From contig CAWJMB010000002.1 of assembly GCA_963843845.1 (NCBI GenBank), positions 2,112,001-2,176,000 on the forward strand: a stretch of 64,000 bases of DNA. Reading direction: 5' to 3'. The position numbers and the translations under genes are program-made. The notes beneath the pieces are model-generated. The model was not told the origin of the DNA. It made no database searches and saw only the letters and a program-made list of their open reading frames with translations. The DNA is from an uncultured Gemmatimonadaceae bacterium. Lineage in GTDB: Bacteria; Gemmatimonadota; Gemmatimonadetes; Gemmatimonadales; Gemmatimonadaceae. This document shows, piece after piece, positions 1 to 9,034 of this stretch (the first letter of the stretch is position 1; each line of letters starts with the position of its first letter).

Positions 1-556
1 CTCGCCGTGCACGCGCTGCGTCACGTCCTCGAGCGTGCGCGACCGCCTCCTCGCGCGCCTCGCGCTCCCACAGTCGCGCGAAGCCGAGCTCGAACAGCGC
101 GACCGCGGGCGCGAAGCCGCTCGACGACGCGCGTGCCGAAGATCTTGCGCGGCTCGGCGAGCGCGAGCACCGCAGGCAGCGCGCCGTCGATCCGGAGCCC
201 GCGCAGCGAGAGCACGCCGTCGCTCGGCGACCGGCATGCCGATGAGCGCCGCGATCTCACCCGACCGGTCGCCGAGCTCGACGAAGCGGCCGCCCGACGC
301 GATCGCGGCGCGCAGGGCTCCGGGAAGGTGTTCGAGGCTCGCGTCGAGCGCCTCTCGCACCACGCCCGACCCGTCGGACGCCGCGAACGTGATCCGCTCG
401 CGCAGCATCCCGCGGCGCTCGTCGTAGCGTGAGCAGCGCGAGCGTCGCGCCGCGGTCGAGGTCCGCGAGCGCCTCGGCGAGCGCCGCGAGCGCCGCGTCG
501 ACCTCCGGCGCGGCGCCGAGGGCGTGCGCGAGCGAGGCGAGCGTGCGGGGCGGCAT
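1..556 (-). CDS. Hypothetical protein, possibly a GAF-like domain followed by a coiled coil; runs off the window start; broken by about 4 frameshifts
   Basis: ATG at 556 (MPPRTLASLAHALG...). A coherent protein needs several frame switches: YDERRGMLRERI...; DGVLSLRGLRIDGAL..EPRKIFGTRVVER; FAPAVALFELGFARLWEREAREEAV; TLEDVTQRVHGE. Confidence 0.5.
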
Positions 557-632
557 GGCGGCGTAATGTGGACGCGGTCGGAGAGACGGTCAATCACGTC
601 GTCGTTAAGATCCGCGCGTGACGAGCGACGAG

Positions 633-1449
633 ATGGGCCACGAGCTGCCCACGCGGACGGGAGCGGAGCGAACGCTGAAGCTCGTGCTGCACTACGACGG
701 CGCCGCGTTCGCCGGATGGCAGCGCCAGCTCGCCGCGCGCACCGTGCAGGGAACGCTCGAGGCGGCCCTCGCGCGCCTCTGCAGGACGGAGGTGCCCGTC
801 ACCGGTGCCGGCCGGACCGACGCCGGCGTGCACGCGCGTGGCCAGGCGGCCGGCGTCCGCGTCGCCCCGCGATGGACCCCCGACGCGCTGCGCCGCGCCC
901 TGAACGCCGTGCTGCCAGGGGACGTGTGGGTGCAGCGCGTCGACGAGATGGTCGCCGGCTTCCATGCCCGGTACGACGCGACGGCGCGCGCCTACGGCTA
1001 TCACGTCGGGCTCGACGACGAGGCGGCGTCGCCATTTCGGCGCGGCCACGAGCTCGCCATGCGTCGCCCCCTGGATCGCGGGTTGCTCGACGCGGCCGCG
1101 GAGCTCGTCGTCGGCGACCCATTCGTTTCGCGCCTTCGCCGTCCGCGGCACGGCGCCCGAGCGCGACGACCACCGCTGCACGATCGTGCGGTCCGCGTGG
1201 GTCGACCGTCCCGGCGGCGTCGTCTTTCGCGTCGAGGCGAACCGCTTTCTCCACCACATGGTGCGCTTTCTCGTCGGCACAATGCTCGACGTCGCAGCCG
1301 GGCGGCGCCCGCTCGGCGACATCGCGCGTCTGCTCGCCGCGCCGGACAACCGCGACGTCTCGGCTCCGGCCCCACCGCACGCGCTCTTCCTCGAACATGT
1401 GCGCTACCCGTCGAGCACGTATCTGCATCGCGCGAGCGGCGACGGGTAG
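633..1449 (+). CDS. truA: tRNA pseudouridine(38-40) synthase TruA (one frameshift near 1118-1121)
   Basis: LHYDGAAFAGWQRQ, GAGRTDAGVHARGQ, FHARYDA in the first frame; HSFRAF...ANRFLHHMVRFLVG...APPHALFL in the next frame. Extra C in ggcgacccattcg. Confidence 0.92.
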
Positions 1450-1578
1450 TCGGCCGCTCGCGGCGTCCTCGCCGCTTGCTCGCCCCCCCCGCGTTCGACG
1501 ACCTTTCCAGCCGCGCACGCGCCGTCGGGCCGCAGACGCGCGCAGCGCCGCACCGTCGTACATCAGCCGCCTAACGTC

Positions 1579-2247
1579 ATGAGAATCCTGCTCGCCTCCG
1601 CGTCGCTCGACGACATCCGATGGGCCGCGGACCACGGGCTTGCCGAGGGGATCGTCACGACCCCGGCCCTGCTCGCTCACGAGCGTCCGGGCGCCGACCC
1701 GCGGGAGCTGTTGATCGAGATCACGCGCGCGGTGGCGTTCCCCGTGCACGCGAGCGTCGCCTCGGTGGACCCCGCCGACATGCACCGCGACGGGCGCGAG
1801 CTCGCCAAGCTCTCCGACACGCTCGTCGTGGACATACCGCTCGTCGACGACGCCGTCGTCGCGATCCGGCGCCTCACGGCGGAAGGCGTGCGCGTCTCGT
1901 CGACGCTCGCGTTCAACGCGCCGCAGGCGCTGCTCGCGGCGAAGGCTGGCTCGATCGCCGTGACCATTCCGATCGATCAGCTCGAGGCGCTGGGCCAGCA
2001 GGGCGTTCCTGTCGTCGACGAGACGCGGCGTCTGTTCGACCGGGCGCACGCCGAGTGCGACCTCGTCGCCGCGTACCCCGGCAGCGCCGCCGTCTTCACC
2101 TCGTGCGCGCTTGCCGGCGCCGACGCGATGACGGTGGACGTCACGATGCTCCGCCAACTGCTCGTCCACCCGCTCACCGACCGCGGCGTCGACCGCTTCC
2201 TCAAGGATTTGGCGTCGCGCCCGAAGCCGCGTATCACGCCGGTATGA
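1579..2247 (+). CDS. Transaldolase/fructose-6-phosphate aldolase-fold protein with degenerate active site
   Basis: 222 aa with FSA/TalC layout (QALLAAKAG, GADAMT, HPLTDRGVDRFLKD), but LVVDIP replaces the catalytic VVKIP. Confidence 0.85.
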   Translation: MRILLASASLDDIRWAADHGLAEGIVTTPALLAHERPGADPRELLIEITRAVAFPVHASVASVDPADMHRDGRELAKLSDTLVVDIPLVDDAVVAIRRLTAEGVRVSSTLAFNAPQALLAAKAGSIAVTIPIDQLEALGQQGVPVVDETRRLFDRAHAECDLVAAYPGSAAVFTSCALAGADAMTVDVTMLRQLLVHPLTDRGVDRFLKDLASRPKPRITPV

Positions 2248-3698
2248 CACGCCCGCCGCGGCGGGCCGCCGCACCGTTCACGTTCGTCGCCGTGCTCACC
2301 GCGGTCGCCTGCGAAGGGGCCGCGCGCGACTCCGCGGCGCTCGCGCAACCTGCCGCGCAGCCGCCGGCCGCGACGCAGCGGCTCCCCGAGCCGCAGAACG
2401 TGACGAGCGTGCCGGCGAGCCGGCGCAACGCGATCGTGACCGCGGTCGAACGGGTCGCGCCGGCCGTCATCACCGTACAGACCGAGACCGTCGAGCGAGC
2501 GCCCGTCGACCCGTTCGACTTGTTCTTCGGCCGCGGCGGCGGCGGAGAGCAGCGGCGGCCCGGACTCGGCTCCGGCTTCATCGTGCGCGAGGACGGCGTC
2601 GTCGTCACGAACGCGCACGTCGTCGCCGGCGCCACGCGCGTCAACGTGAAGATGCGCGACGGCAAGGCGTACGCGGCGCGCGTCGTGGGCGCCGACGAGA
2701 CCAACGACCTCGCGGTGCTGAAGATCGACGGCCGCGGCTTCCCCGTCGCGCCGTTAGGCAGCTCCGACAACTTGCTCGTCGGCGAGTGGGCGATCGCGAT
2801 CGGGAACCCGTTCGGATTCGTCATCGGCAACAGCGAGCCCACGGTGACTGCCGGGGTCATCAGCGCGACGGGGCGGAACCTCGTCGGCGCGGCCGAGGGC
2901 GGCGGCGTCTACGTCGACATGATCCAGACCGACGCCGCGATCAATCCCGGCAACTCCGGCGGCCCGCTCGTGAACGCCGACGGCGACGTGATCGGCGTCA
3001 ACAGCTCGATCTACTCGCCGAGCGGCGGGTCGGTCGGACTCGGATTCGCGATCCCCATCAACCGGGCGCGTCGCGTCGCCGAGGACCTCCTCGCGCACGG
3101 CACGGTGCGGCGTCCGTGGGTCGGCGTATCGCTCCGCCCGCCGCAAGCGGCGCAGAGCTCGCTCGACATCGTCGCCACGCAGGCCGTCGTGCGGGCGGTG
3201 ACGCCGGGCTCGCCGGCGGCGCGCGCGGGCGTTGCGACCGGCGACGTGCTGCTCCGCGCCGGTGCGCGCCCCGTCCGCAACCCGTTCGACTGGGAGGCCG
3301 CGCTGCTCGACCTTCGCGTCGGGCAGGACGTCCCGATCGTCGTGCGGCGCGGCGGGCGCGACGTCACGCTCACCGTGCGGGTCGGCGATCTCCCGGAGGT
3401 CAGCGCGCCGAAGGTCACCGTACTCCGCGAGTTGCAGCTCGTGACGCTCACCCCGGCGATCCGCGCCGAACGCAGCGTCCGCTCGGCGGCCGGCGCGCTG
3501 GTCTACCAGGCGAGCGCGCGCGTCACCAGCGAGCTCGGACTCGAGGCCGGCGACGTCATCGTGCAGGTCGGTCGGACGCCGGTCACGTCGGCCGACGAAG
3601 TCGCGCGCGCCGTCGATCTCTACTCGGGGCGCGGCCCGGTGCGCCTCTACTTCGAGCGCGGCGGCCAGCTCGCGTTCACCGATTTCCTCATTCGCTGA
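2244..3698 (+). CDS. HtrA/DegP-family serine protease with two PDZ domains, probable lipoprotein
   Basis: GSGFIV, TNAHVV, DLAVLKI, IQTDAAINPGNSGGPL; ATGA overlap with the upstream stop; lipobox-like LTAVAC. Confidence 0.93.
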   Translation: MTRPPRRAAAPFTFVAVLTAVACEGAARDSAALAQPAAQPPAATQRLPEPQNVTSVPASRRNAIVTAVERVAPAVITVQTETVERAPVDPFDLFFGRGGGGEQRRPGLGSGFIVREDGVVVTNAHVVAGATRVNVKMRDGKAYAARVVGADETNDLAVLKIDGRGFPVAPLGSSDNLLVGEWAIAIGNPFGFVIGNSEPTVTAGVISATGRNLVGAAEGGGVYVDMIQTDAAINPGNSGGPLVNADGDVIGVNSSIYSPSGGSVGLGFAIPINRARRVAEDLLAHGTVRRPWVGVSLRPPQAAQSSLDIVATQAVVRAVTPGSPAARAGVATGDVLLRAGARPVRNPFDWEAALLDLRVGQDVPIVVRRGGRDVTLTVRVGDLPEVSAPKVTVLRELQLVTLTPAIRAERSVRSAAGALVYQASARVTSELGLEAGDVIVQVGRTPVTSADEVARAVDLYSGRGPVRLYFERGGQLAFTDFLIR

Positions 3699-3701
3699 CG
3701 C

Positions 3702-5159
3702 GTGCCTGCCTCGACCGACCGAAATTCCACGTACACCTCTCCGCTCGCCGCGCGGTACGCCTCGCGCGCGATGCTCGAGCTCTGGTCGCCACGCGTTCGG
3801 CACGGGCTCTGGCGGGAGCTGTGGCTCGCGCTGGCCGAGTCGCAGCGAGACCTGGGCGTCGCCATCCCGGACGCCGCGCTCGCCGAGATGCGCGCGCACG
3901 TGCACGACGTCGACTTCGACGCGGCCGCAGCGTACGAGCTCCGCTTCCGGCACGATGTCATGGCGCACGTCCACGCGTTCGGCGACGTCGCTCCCACGGC
4001 CCGCCCGTTCATTCACCTCGGCGCGACGAGCGCGTACGTCACGGACAACGGCGATCTGGTCCAGATGCGGCGCGGGCTCGAGCTGCTTCGCGACAAGGTC
4101 GTCGCCGCGCTCCGCGCGTTCGCCGCGTTCGCGCGCGAGTGGCGCGCACTCCCGACCCTCGGCTACACGCACATCCAGCCTGCGCAGCTCACGACGGTGG
4201 GGAAGCGCGCGACACTCTGGATGCAGGACCTGCTGCTCGACCTCGCCGACGTCGAGCATCGCATCGCGACGCTGCCCTTCCGCGGTGTGAAAGGAACGAC
4301 GGGAACGCAGGCCTCCTTCCTCACCTTGTTCGACGGCGACCACGAGAAAGTGCGTGCGCTCGACCGCATGGTCACCGAGAAGATGGGGTTCGCGACCGCG
4401 CTCGCCGTCACCGGTCAGACGTACACGCGAAAGCTCGACGCACAGGTACTGAGTGTGGTGAGCGGCATCGCCACCTCGGCCGCGAAGTTCGCGTCCGACA
4501 TGCGGCTGCTGCAGGCATTCGGTGAGATCGAGGAACCGTTCGAGAAGGAGCAGATCGGGTCCTCGGCGATGGCCTACAAGCGCAATCCGATGCGCGCCGA
4601 GCGGATCAACGCACTCGCCCGCTTCGTGCAGACGCTCGAGCCGAACGCGAACCAGACGCACGCGGTGCAGTACTTCGAGCGCACGCTGGACGACTCGGCC
4701 AACCGGCGCCTCGCGATCCCGGAGTCGTTCCTCGCCACCGACGCGATCCTCGTGCTGCTGACCAACGTGGCGAGCGGGCTCGAAGTCCATCCGGCCCGCA
4801 TCCGCCGGCGCGTGGACGACGAGCTCCCGTTCATGGCGACGGAGGAGATCATCGTCGGCGCCGTGCGCGGCGGCGGCGACCGGCAGGAGATCCACGAGCT
4901 CATCCGCGGGCACAGCGTCGCCGCGTCGCGTGCCGTCAAAGACGGTGCGCCGCGGAACGACATGCTCGATCGGCTGGCCGCCGATCCCGCGTTCCAGGCG
5001 CTGGGGGTCTCGCTCGACTCGCTCACCAGCGCGCTCGAGCCGTCGCGCTTCGTCGGCCGCGCCCCCGAGCAGGTGGACGATTTCCTCTCCGAGCAGCTCG
5101 AGCCCGCGCTCGCTCGCTACGCGCGAGCGGACGCGCGGCTGGAGGACGTTCGCGTATGA
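3702..5159 (+). CDS. purB: Adenylosuccinate lyase
   Basis: RHDVMAH, IHLGATS, TLGYTH, signature [15 protein letters not shown]. Confidence 0.95.
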   Translation: MPASTDRNSTYTSPLAARYASRAMLELWSPRVRHGLWRELWLALAESQRDLGVAIPDAALAEMRAHVHDVDFDAAAAYELRFRHDVMAHVHAFGDVAPTARPFIHLGATSAYVTDNGDLVQMRRGLELLRDKVVAALRAFAAFAREWRALPTLGYTHIQPAQLTTVGKRATLWMQDLLLDLADVEHRIATLPFRGVKGTTGTQASFLTLFDGDHEKVRALDRMVTEKMGFATALAVTGQTYTRKLDAQVLSVVSGIATSAAKFASDMRLLQAFGEIEEPFEKEQIGSSAMAYKRNPMRAERINALARFVQTLEPNANQTHAVQYFERTLDDSANRRLAIPESFLATDAILVLLTNVASGLEVHPARIRRRVDDELPFMATEEIIVGAVRGGGDRQEIHELIRGHSVAASRAVKDGAPRNDMLDRLAADPAFQALGVSLDSLTSALEPSRFVGRAPEQVDDFLSEQLEPALARYARADARLEDVRV

Positions 5160-6080
5160 CGCCTGACCCGATCTCGACGACGGCGCTGCCATTGCCGCTC
5201 GTTCGCCGTGGCAAGGTTCGCGATGTCTACGCCGTAGACGACGACCGCCTGCTCGTCGTCGCGAGCGACCGCGTCAGCGCCTTCGACGTCGTCATGGCCG
5301 AGCCGGTGCCGATGAAGGGCGCGGTGCTCACGCAACTCACCGCGTGGTGGCTCCGTCGGCTCGAGCGCGACGTCGAACACCACATGCTCAGCGCCTCGGC
5401 CGACGAGATCGTCGCCGAGCTGCCGACGCTCGCGCCGCACCGCGACGTGCTGCGCGGACGCGCGATGCTGTGTGCACGCGCCGACGTGTTCCCGGTCGAG
5501 TGCGTCGTTCGCGGCTACCTCTCGGGGTCGGCGTGGAAGGAGTACTCGAGCGCGCGGCACCCTCGCCGGCGAACCGCTGGCGGCGGGCCTGCGCGAGAGT
5601 GACCGGCTCGACCCGCCGATCTTCAGCCCGGCCACGAAGGCCGAGGCCGGGCACGACGAGAACATCACGGTCGGCGCAGATGGCCGCGACGCTCGGCGCC
5701 GATACGACGCGCGAGCTCGAGCGACTCGCGCGACTGGTCTACGAGCGCGGCCGCGCGCTCGCCGCGCCGCGCGGCATCATCATCGCCGACACGAAGTTCG
5801 AGTTCGGCGCGCGCGGCGGACGCGTCATCCTCATCGACGAGGTGCTCACGCCGGACAGCTCGCGCTTCTGGCCCGCGGACGCCTACGCGCCGGGGGGCAC
5901 GCAGCCGAGCTTCGACAAGCAGCCGCTGCGCGACTGGCTCGACGTCGAGCGGCGCGCCGGACGCTGGAACGGCGACGCGCCGCCGCCGCGCGTTGCCGGC
6001 GGAGGTCGTCGCTGCGACGAGCGCCCGCTATCTTGAAGCGTACCGACGCATCACCGGTACGCGAGCTCACGCTTACCTGA
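5156..6080 (+). CDS. purC: SAICAR synthetase (3-4 frameshifts)
   Basis: [28 protein letters not shown] / [17 protein letters not shown] / [27 protein letters not shown] spread over successive frames. Confidence 0.92.
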
Positions 6081-6099
6081 TTCTCCCGCACGCGTCGAA

Positions 6100-6748
6100 G
6101 TGAGATTCGCCAGAGAAGGGCTGCCGTTCTTCATCGGTAGCATCCTCATCGCCATCGCGATCGTCGCGCTCGGCGCCGCCCTCGGCGGAGCGTGGCCGTT
6201 CGGTGCGCGCTTCCGTGGCTCGCGATCATCGCGTGGGTCTTCTATTTCTTTCGCGACCCGGAGCGGAGCGGCGACCGCGGCTCGCATCTCGTCGTCGCGC
6301 CCGCCGACGGCAAGGTCGTGCTCATCACGGAAGTCGACGAGCCGACGTTCCTCGGGGGTCGCGCGACGCGCGTCTCCATCTTCATGAACGTCTTCAGCGT
6401 GCACGTGAACCGGTACCCGGTCAGCGGGACCGTTCGCACGTGAAGTACTCCGCGGGCAAGTTCCTGAACGCCGTGAGCGTGGCGTCGAGCGACGAGAACG
6501 AGCAGACGTCGGTCGGCATCGAGAGCGGGCAGTACCGCGTGCTCATGCGGCAGATCGCCGGGCTCATCGCGCGCCGCATCGTGACCTATAGCCGCGAGGG
6601 CGACCAGGTCACGCAGGGCGATCGGATGGGGCTCATCCGCTTCGGCTCGCGTGTCGACGTGTTCGTCCCGATCGGCTCGACGCTGCGCACGAGGCTCGGC
6701 GAGCTGACGAGCGCCGGACAGACCGTGATCGCCGAGCTGCCGCGATGA
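6100..6748 (+). CDS. psd: Phosphatidylserine decarboxylase proenzyme, short type (2 frameshifts near 6208 and 6438)
   Basis: FFRDPER, APADGKV, SIFMNVFSVHVNRYP, QIAGLIARRI, autocleavage motif RFGSRVD. Confidence 0.9.
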
Positions 6749-6764
6749 CGACGCGTCGCGCCTG

Positions 6765-7712
6765 ATGCGCCCTCGTCTGCGGCGCCCGACGCTCCGCCGA
6801 CCGACGCCCGGCCCGTGGCTGCCCAACGGGTTCACGCTCGCGAATCTCGGCTTCGGCGTCTACGCCATCCTCAGCGCGTCGCACGGACACTTCGATACGG
6901 CGGTGCGCTGCATCGTGTTCGGCGGCGTCTGCGACCTGTTCGACGGCGCGGTCGCTCGCGCGACGCGTACCGGATCCGAGCTCGGCGAACAGCTCGACTC
7001 GCTCGTCGACGCGATCTCGTTCGGACTCGCGCCGGCGGCCATCGTCTACTTCCTGCTGCTGCAGAACGAGCGGTTCGGGTGGGCGCCGGTCTTCTTCTAC
7101 GTCGCGAGCGCGGTGTTCCGCCTCGCGCGCTTCAACGTGACGCAGGCCGGCGCCAAGAAGACACATTTCATCGGACTGCCGAGCCCCGCCTCGGGCGGCA
7201 CGCTCGCGACGTACTACTGGTTCACCCAGACGCCGCTGTACCAGGAGACGCGCATCGTCGACTTCCCGTGGGAGGAGATCATGGTCGCGCTCATGCTCCT
7301 CCTCGCGGCGATGATGAGCAGTCAGGTCCCCTACCCCGCGTGGCCGAAGATCGGGCTGCGGACGTGGCGCGCGGCGGCCGGACTGCTGCTCGTGATCGGT
7401 ATCGTCTCCGCCAGCATCCTGTTCACGAAGTACTTCTTCTTCCTGTTCGGCGTCGGCTACGTCGGCTACGGACTGCTGCGCGCCCTGGTGCTCGGCTTCG
7501 TCGACATCCCCCAGACCGACACGCCGCTGCGCCGCTCCACCGACTATGTGGACCCGATCGAATCGTACGGCATGACGGACGACGATGGCGAGGCGGAGCG
7601 GGATGCGCTCGGGACCGAGATGGCGGACGGCGATGACGTTCGGTACTCCGGACAGAGCCGCCGCAGGCGCCGCCGCCGCGGACGCAACCGCCCCGACGGG
7701 ACGTTCGAATGA
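6765..7712 (+). CDS. pssA: CDP-diacylglycerol--serine O-phosphatidyltransferase
   Basis: LPNGFTLANL, CDP-alcohol motif DLFDGAVARAT...GEQLDSLVDAISFG, RLARFN, FIGLPSP; adjacent to psd. Confidence 0.92.
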   Translation: MRPRLRRPTLRRPTPGPWLPNGFTLANLGFGVYAILSASHGHFDTAVRCIVFGGVCDLFDGAVARATRTGSELGEQLDSLVDAISFGLAPAAIVYFLLLQNERFGWAPVFFYVASAVFRLARFNVTQAGAKKTHFIGLPSPASGGTLATYYWFTQTPLYQETRIVDFPWEEIMVALMLLLAAMMSSQVPYPAWPKIGLRTWRAAAGLLLVIGIVSASILFTKYFFFLFGVGYVGYGLLRALVLGFVDIPQTDTPLRRSTDYVDPIESYGMTDDDGEAERDALGTEMADGDDVRYSGQSRRRRRRRGRNRPDGTFE

Positions 7713-7741
7713 CCGCACCTCACACTTTCGATTCGCCACGC

Positions 7742-8005
7742 ATGACTAGCTATCGTGTCGAGATCCGCGTCGTCCCGCGCCGCGGCATCCTCGATCCGCA
7801 GGGGCAAGCCGTCGCCGGCGCGCTGCACTCGCTCGGCTTCGCCGGGGTAGGCGACGTGCGCGTCGGGCGGCACATCGTCCTCGAGACGCGCGCCGCGAGC
7901 GCCGACGACGCCGGTGCCGCCGCGCGCGCGATGTGTGAGCGTCTGCTCGCGAACCCGGTCACGGAAGACTTCGAGATCGAGCAGGTCGTTCCCTCGGCCG
8001 CGTGA
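7742..8005 (+). CDS. purS: FGAM synthase subunit PurS
   Basis: [30 protein letters not shown]; alternative ATG at 7709. Confidence 0.93.
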   Translation: MTSYRVEIRVVPRRGILDPQGQAVAGALHSLGFAGVGDVRVGRHIVLETRAASADDAGAAARAMCERLLANPVTEDFEIEQVVPSAA

Positions 8006-8012
8006 GGCGACG

Positions 8013-8705
8013 ATGAAGTTCGGAATCGTCACCTTCCCGGGCTCCAACTGCGACTACGACGCGTATCAGGCGGTCGTCGAGACGCTGGGGGAGCAGGCGG
8101 AGTACTTGTGGCACAAGGACCACGACCTGCGCGGATCGGATGTCGTCGTGCTGCCGGGCGGATTCAGCTACGGCGACTACCTGCGCGCCGGAGCGATCGC
8201 GCGTTTCAGCCCGATCATGACCGAGGTCGTCGCGCACGCCGCTCGCGGCGGACCGGTCCTCGCCATCTGCAACGGGTTCCAGATCGCCTGCGAGGCGGGT
8301 CTGCTTCCGGGGGCGCTGCTGCGCAACGCGAACCTCAAATTCGTGTGCGAGCAGACGCGGCTGCGAGTCGAGAGCGTCGACACGCGCTTCACCTCCGCGT
8401 ACGAGCCGGGTCAGCTCGTGCGCATCCCGGTAGCGCACGGCGAAGGTCGTTACGTGGCAGACGATGCGACGCTGGACCGACTGGAGGGTGACGGGCGCGT
8501 CGTCTTTCGCTACGTCGATGCGTCGGGCGCGCCGGCCGACCACGCCAATCCGAACGGCGCGCTCCGCGGTATCGCCGGCATCGTCAGCGACGCCGGCAAC
8601 GTGCTCGGCATGATGCCGCACCCCGAGCGCGCGGTCGACGCGCTCGTCGGTTCCGCAGACGGGCTGCCGATCTTCCGATCGCTCCTCGCGCGCGTCGCCG
8701 CCTAA
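8013..8705 (+). CDS. purQ: FGAM synthase glutaminase subunit PurQ
   Basis: [37 protein letters not shown]. Confidence 0.96.
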   Translation: MKFGIVTFPGSNCDYDAYQAVVETLGEQAEYLWHKDHDLRGSDVVVLPGGFSYGDYLRAGAIARFSPIMTEVVAHAARGGPVLAICNGFQIACEAGLLPGALLRNANLKFVCEQTRLRVESVDTRFTSAYEPGQLVRIPVAHGEGRYVADDATLDRLEGDGRVVFRYVDASGAPADHANPNGALRGIAGIVSDAGNVLGMMPHPERAVDALVGSADGLPIFRSLLARVAA

Positions 8706-8722
8706 CACTCTCGCACCCACCC

Positions 8723-9034
8723 ATGTCTCCGATCGAAGAGAAGCCGAGCCGCAACGAGGAGGAGTACTTCGCGCGCGAGAACGCGGAGCGCATCAAGGCG
8801 CTACGCGCACGCCTCGATGCCGAACGCGCCGCGAGCGAGCGGTCGTCGCACCACATGCGCTGCCCGCGGTGCGGCGGGCAGATGTCCGAGCGTGGATTTC
8901 ACAACATCCTCGTCGACGTGTGCGCCGATTGCGGCGGCACCTTCTTCGACAAAGGCGAGCTCGAGATGCTCGAGCACGTCGAGCCGAGCCGCGTGCGCGA
9001 CTTCGTCGGCGGCCTGTTCGGTCTGAAGCGCTGA
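8723..9034 (+). CDS. Small zinc-ribbon (zf-TFIIB-like) protein with N-terminal helix
   Basis: MRCPRCG...VDVCADCGGTFFDKGEL; sits tightly between purQ and purL. Confidence 0.8.
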   Translation: MSPIEEKPSRNEEEYFARENAERIKALRARLDAERAASERSSHHMRCPRCGGQMSERGFHNILVDVCADCGGTFFDKGELEMLEHVEPSRVRDFVGGLFGLKR

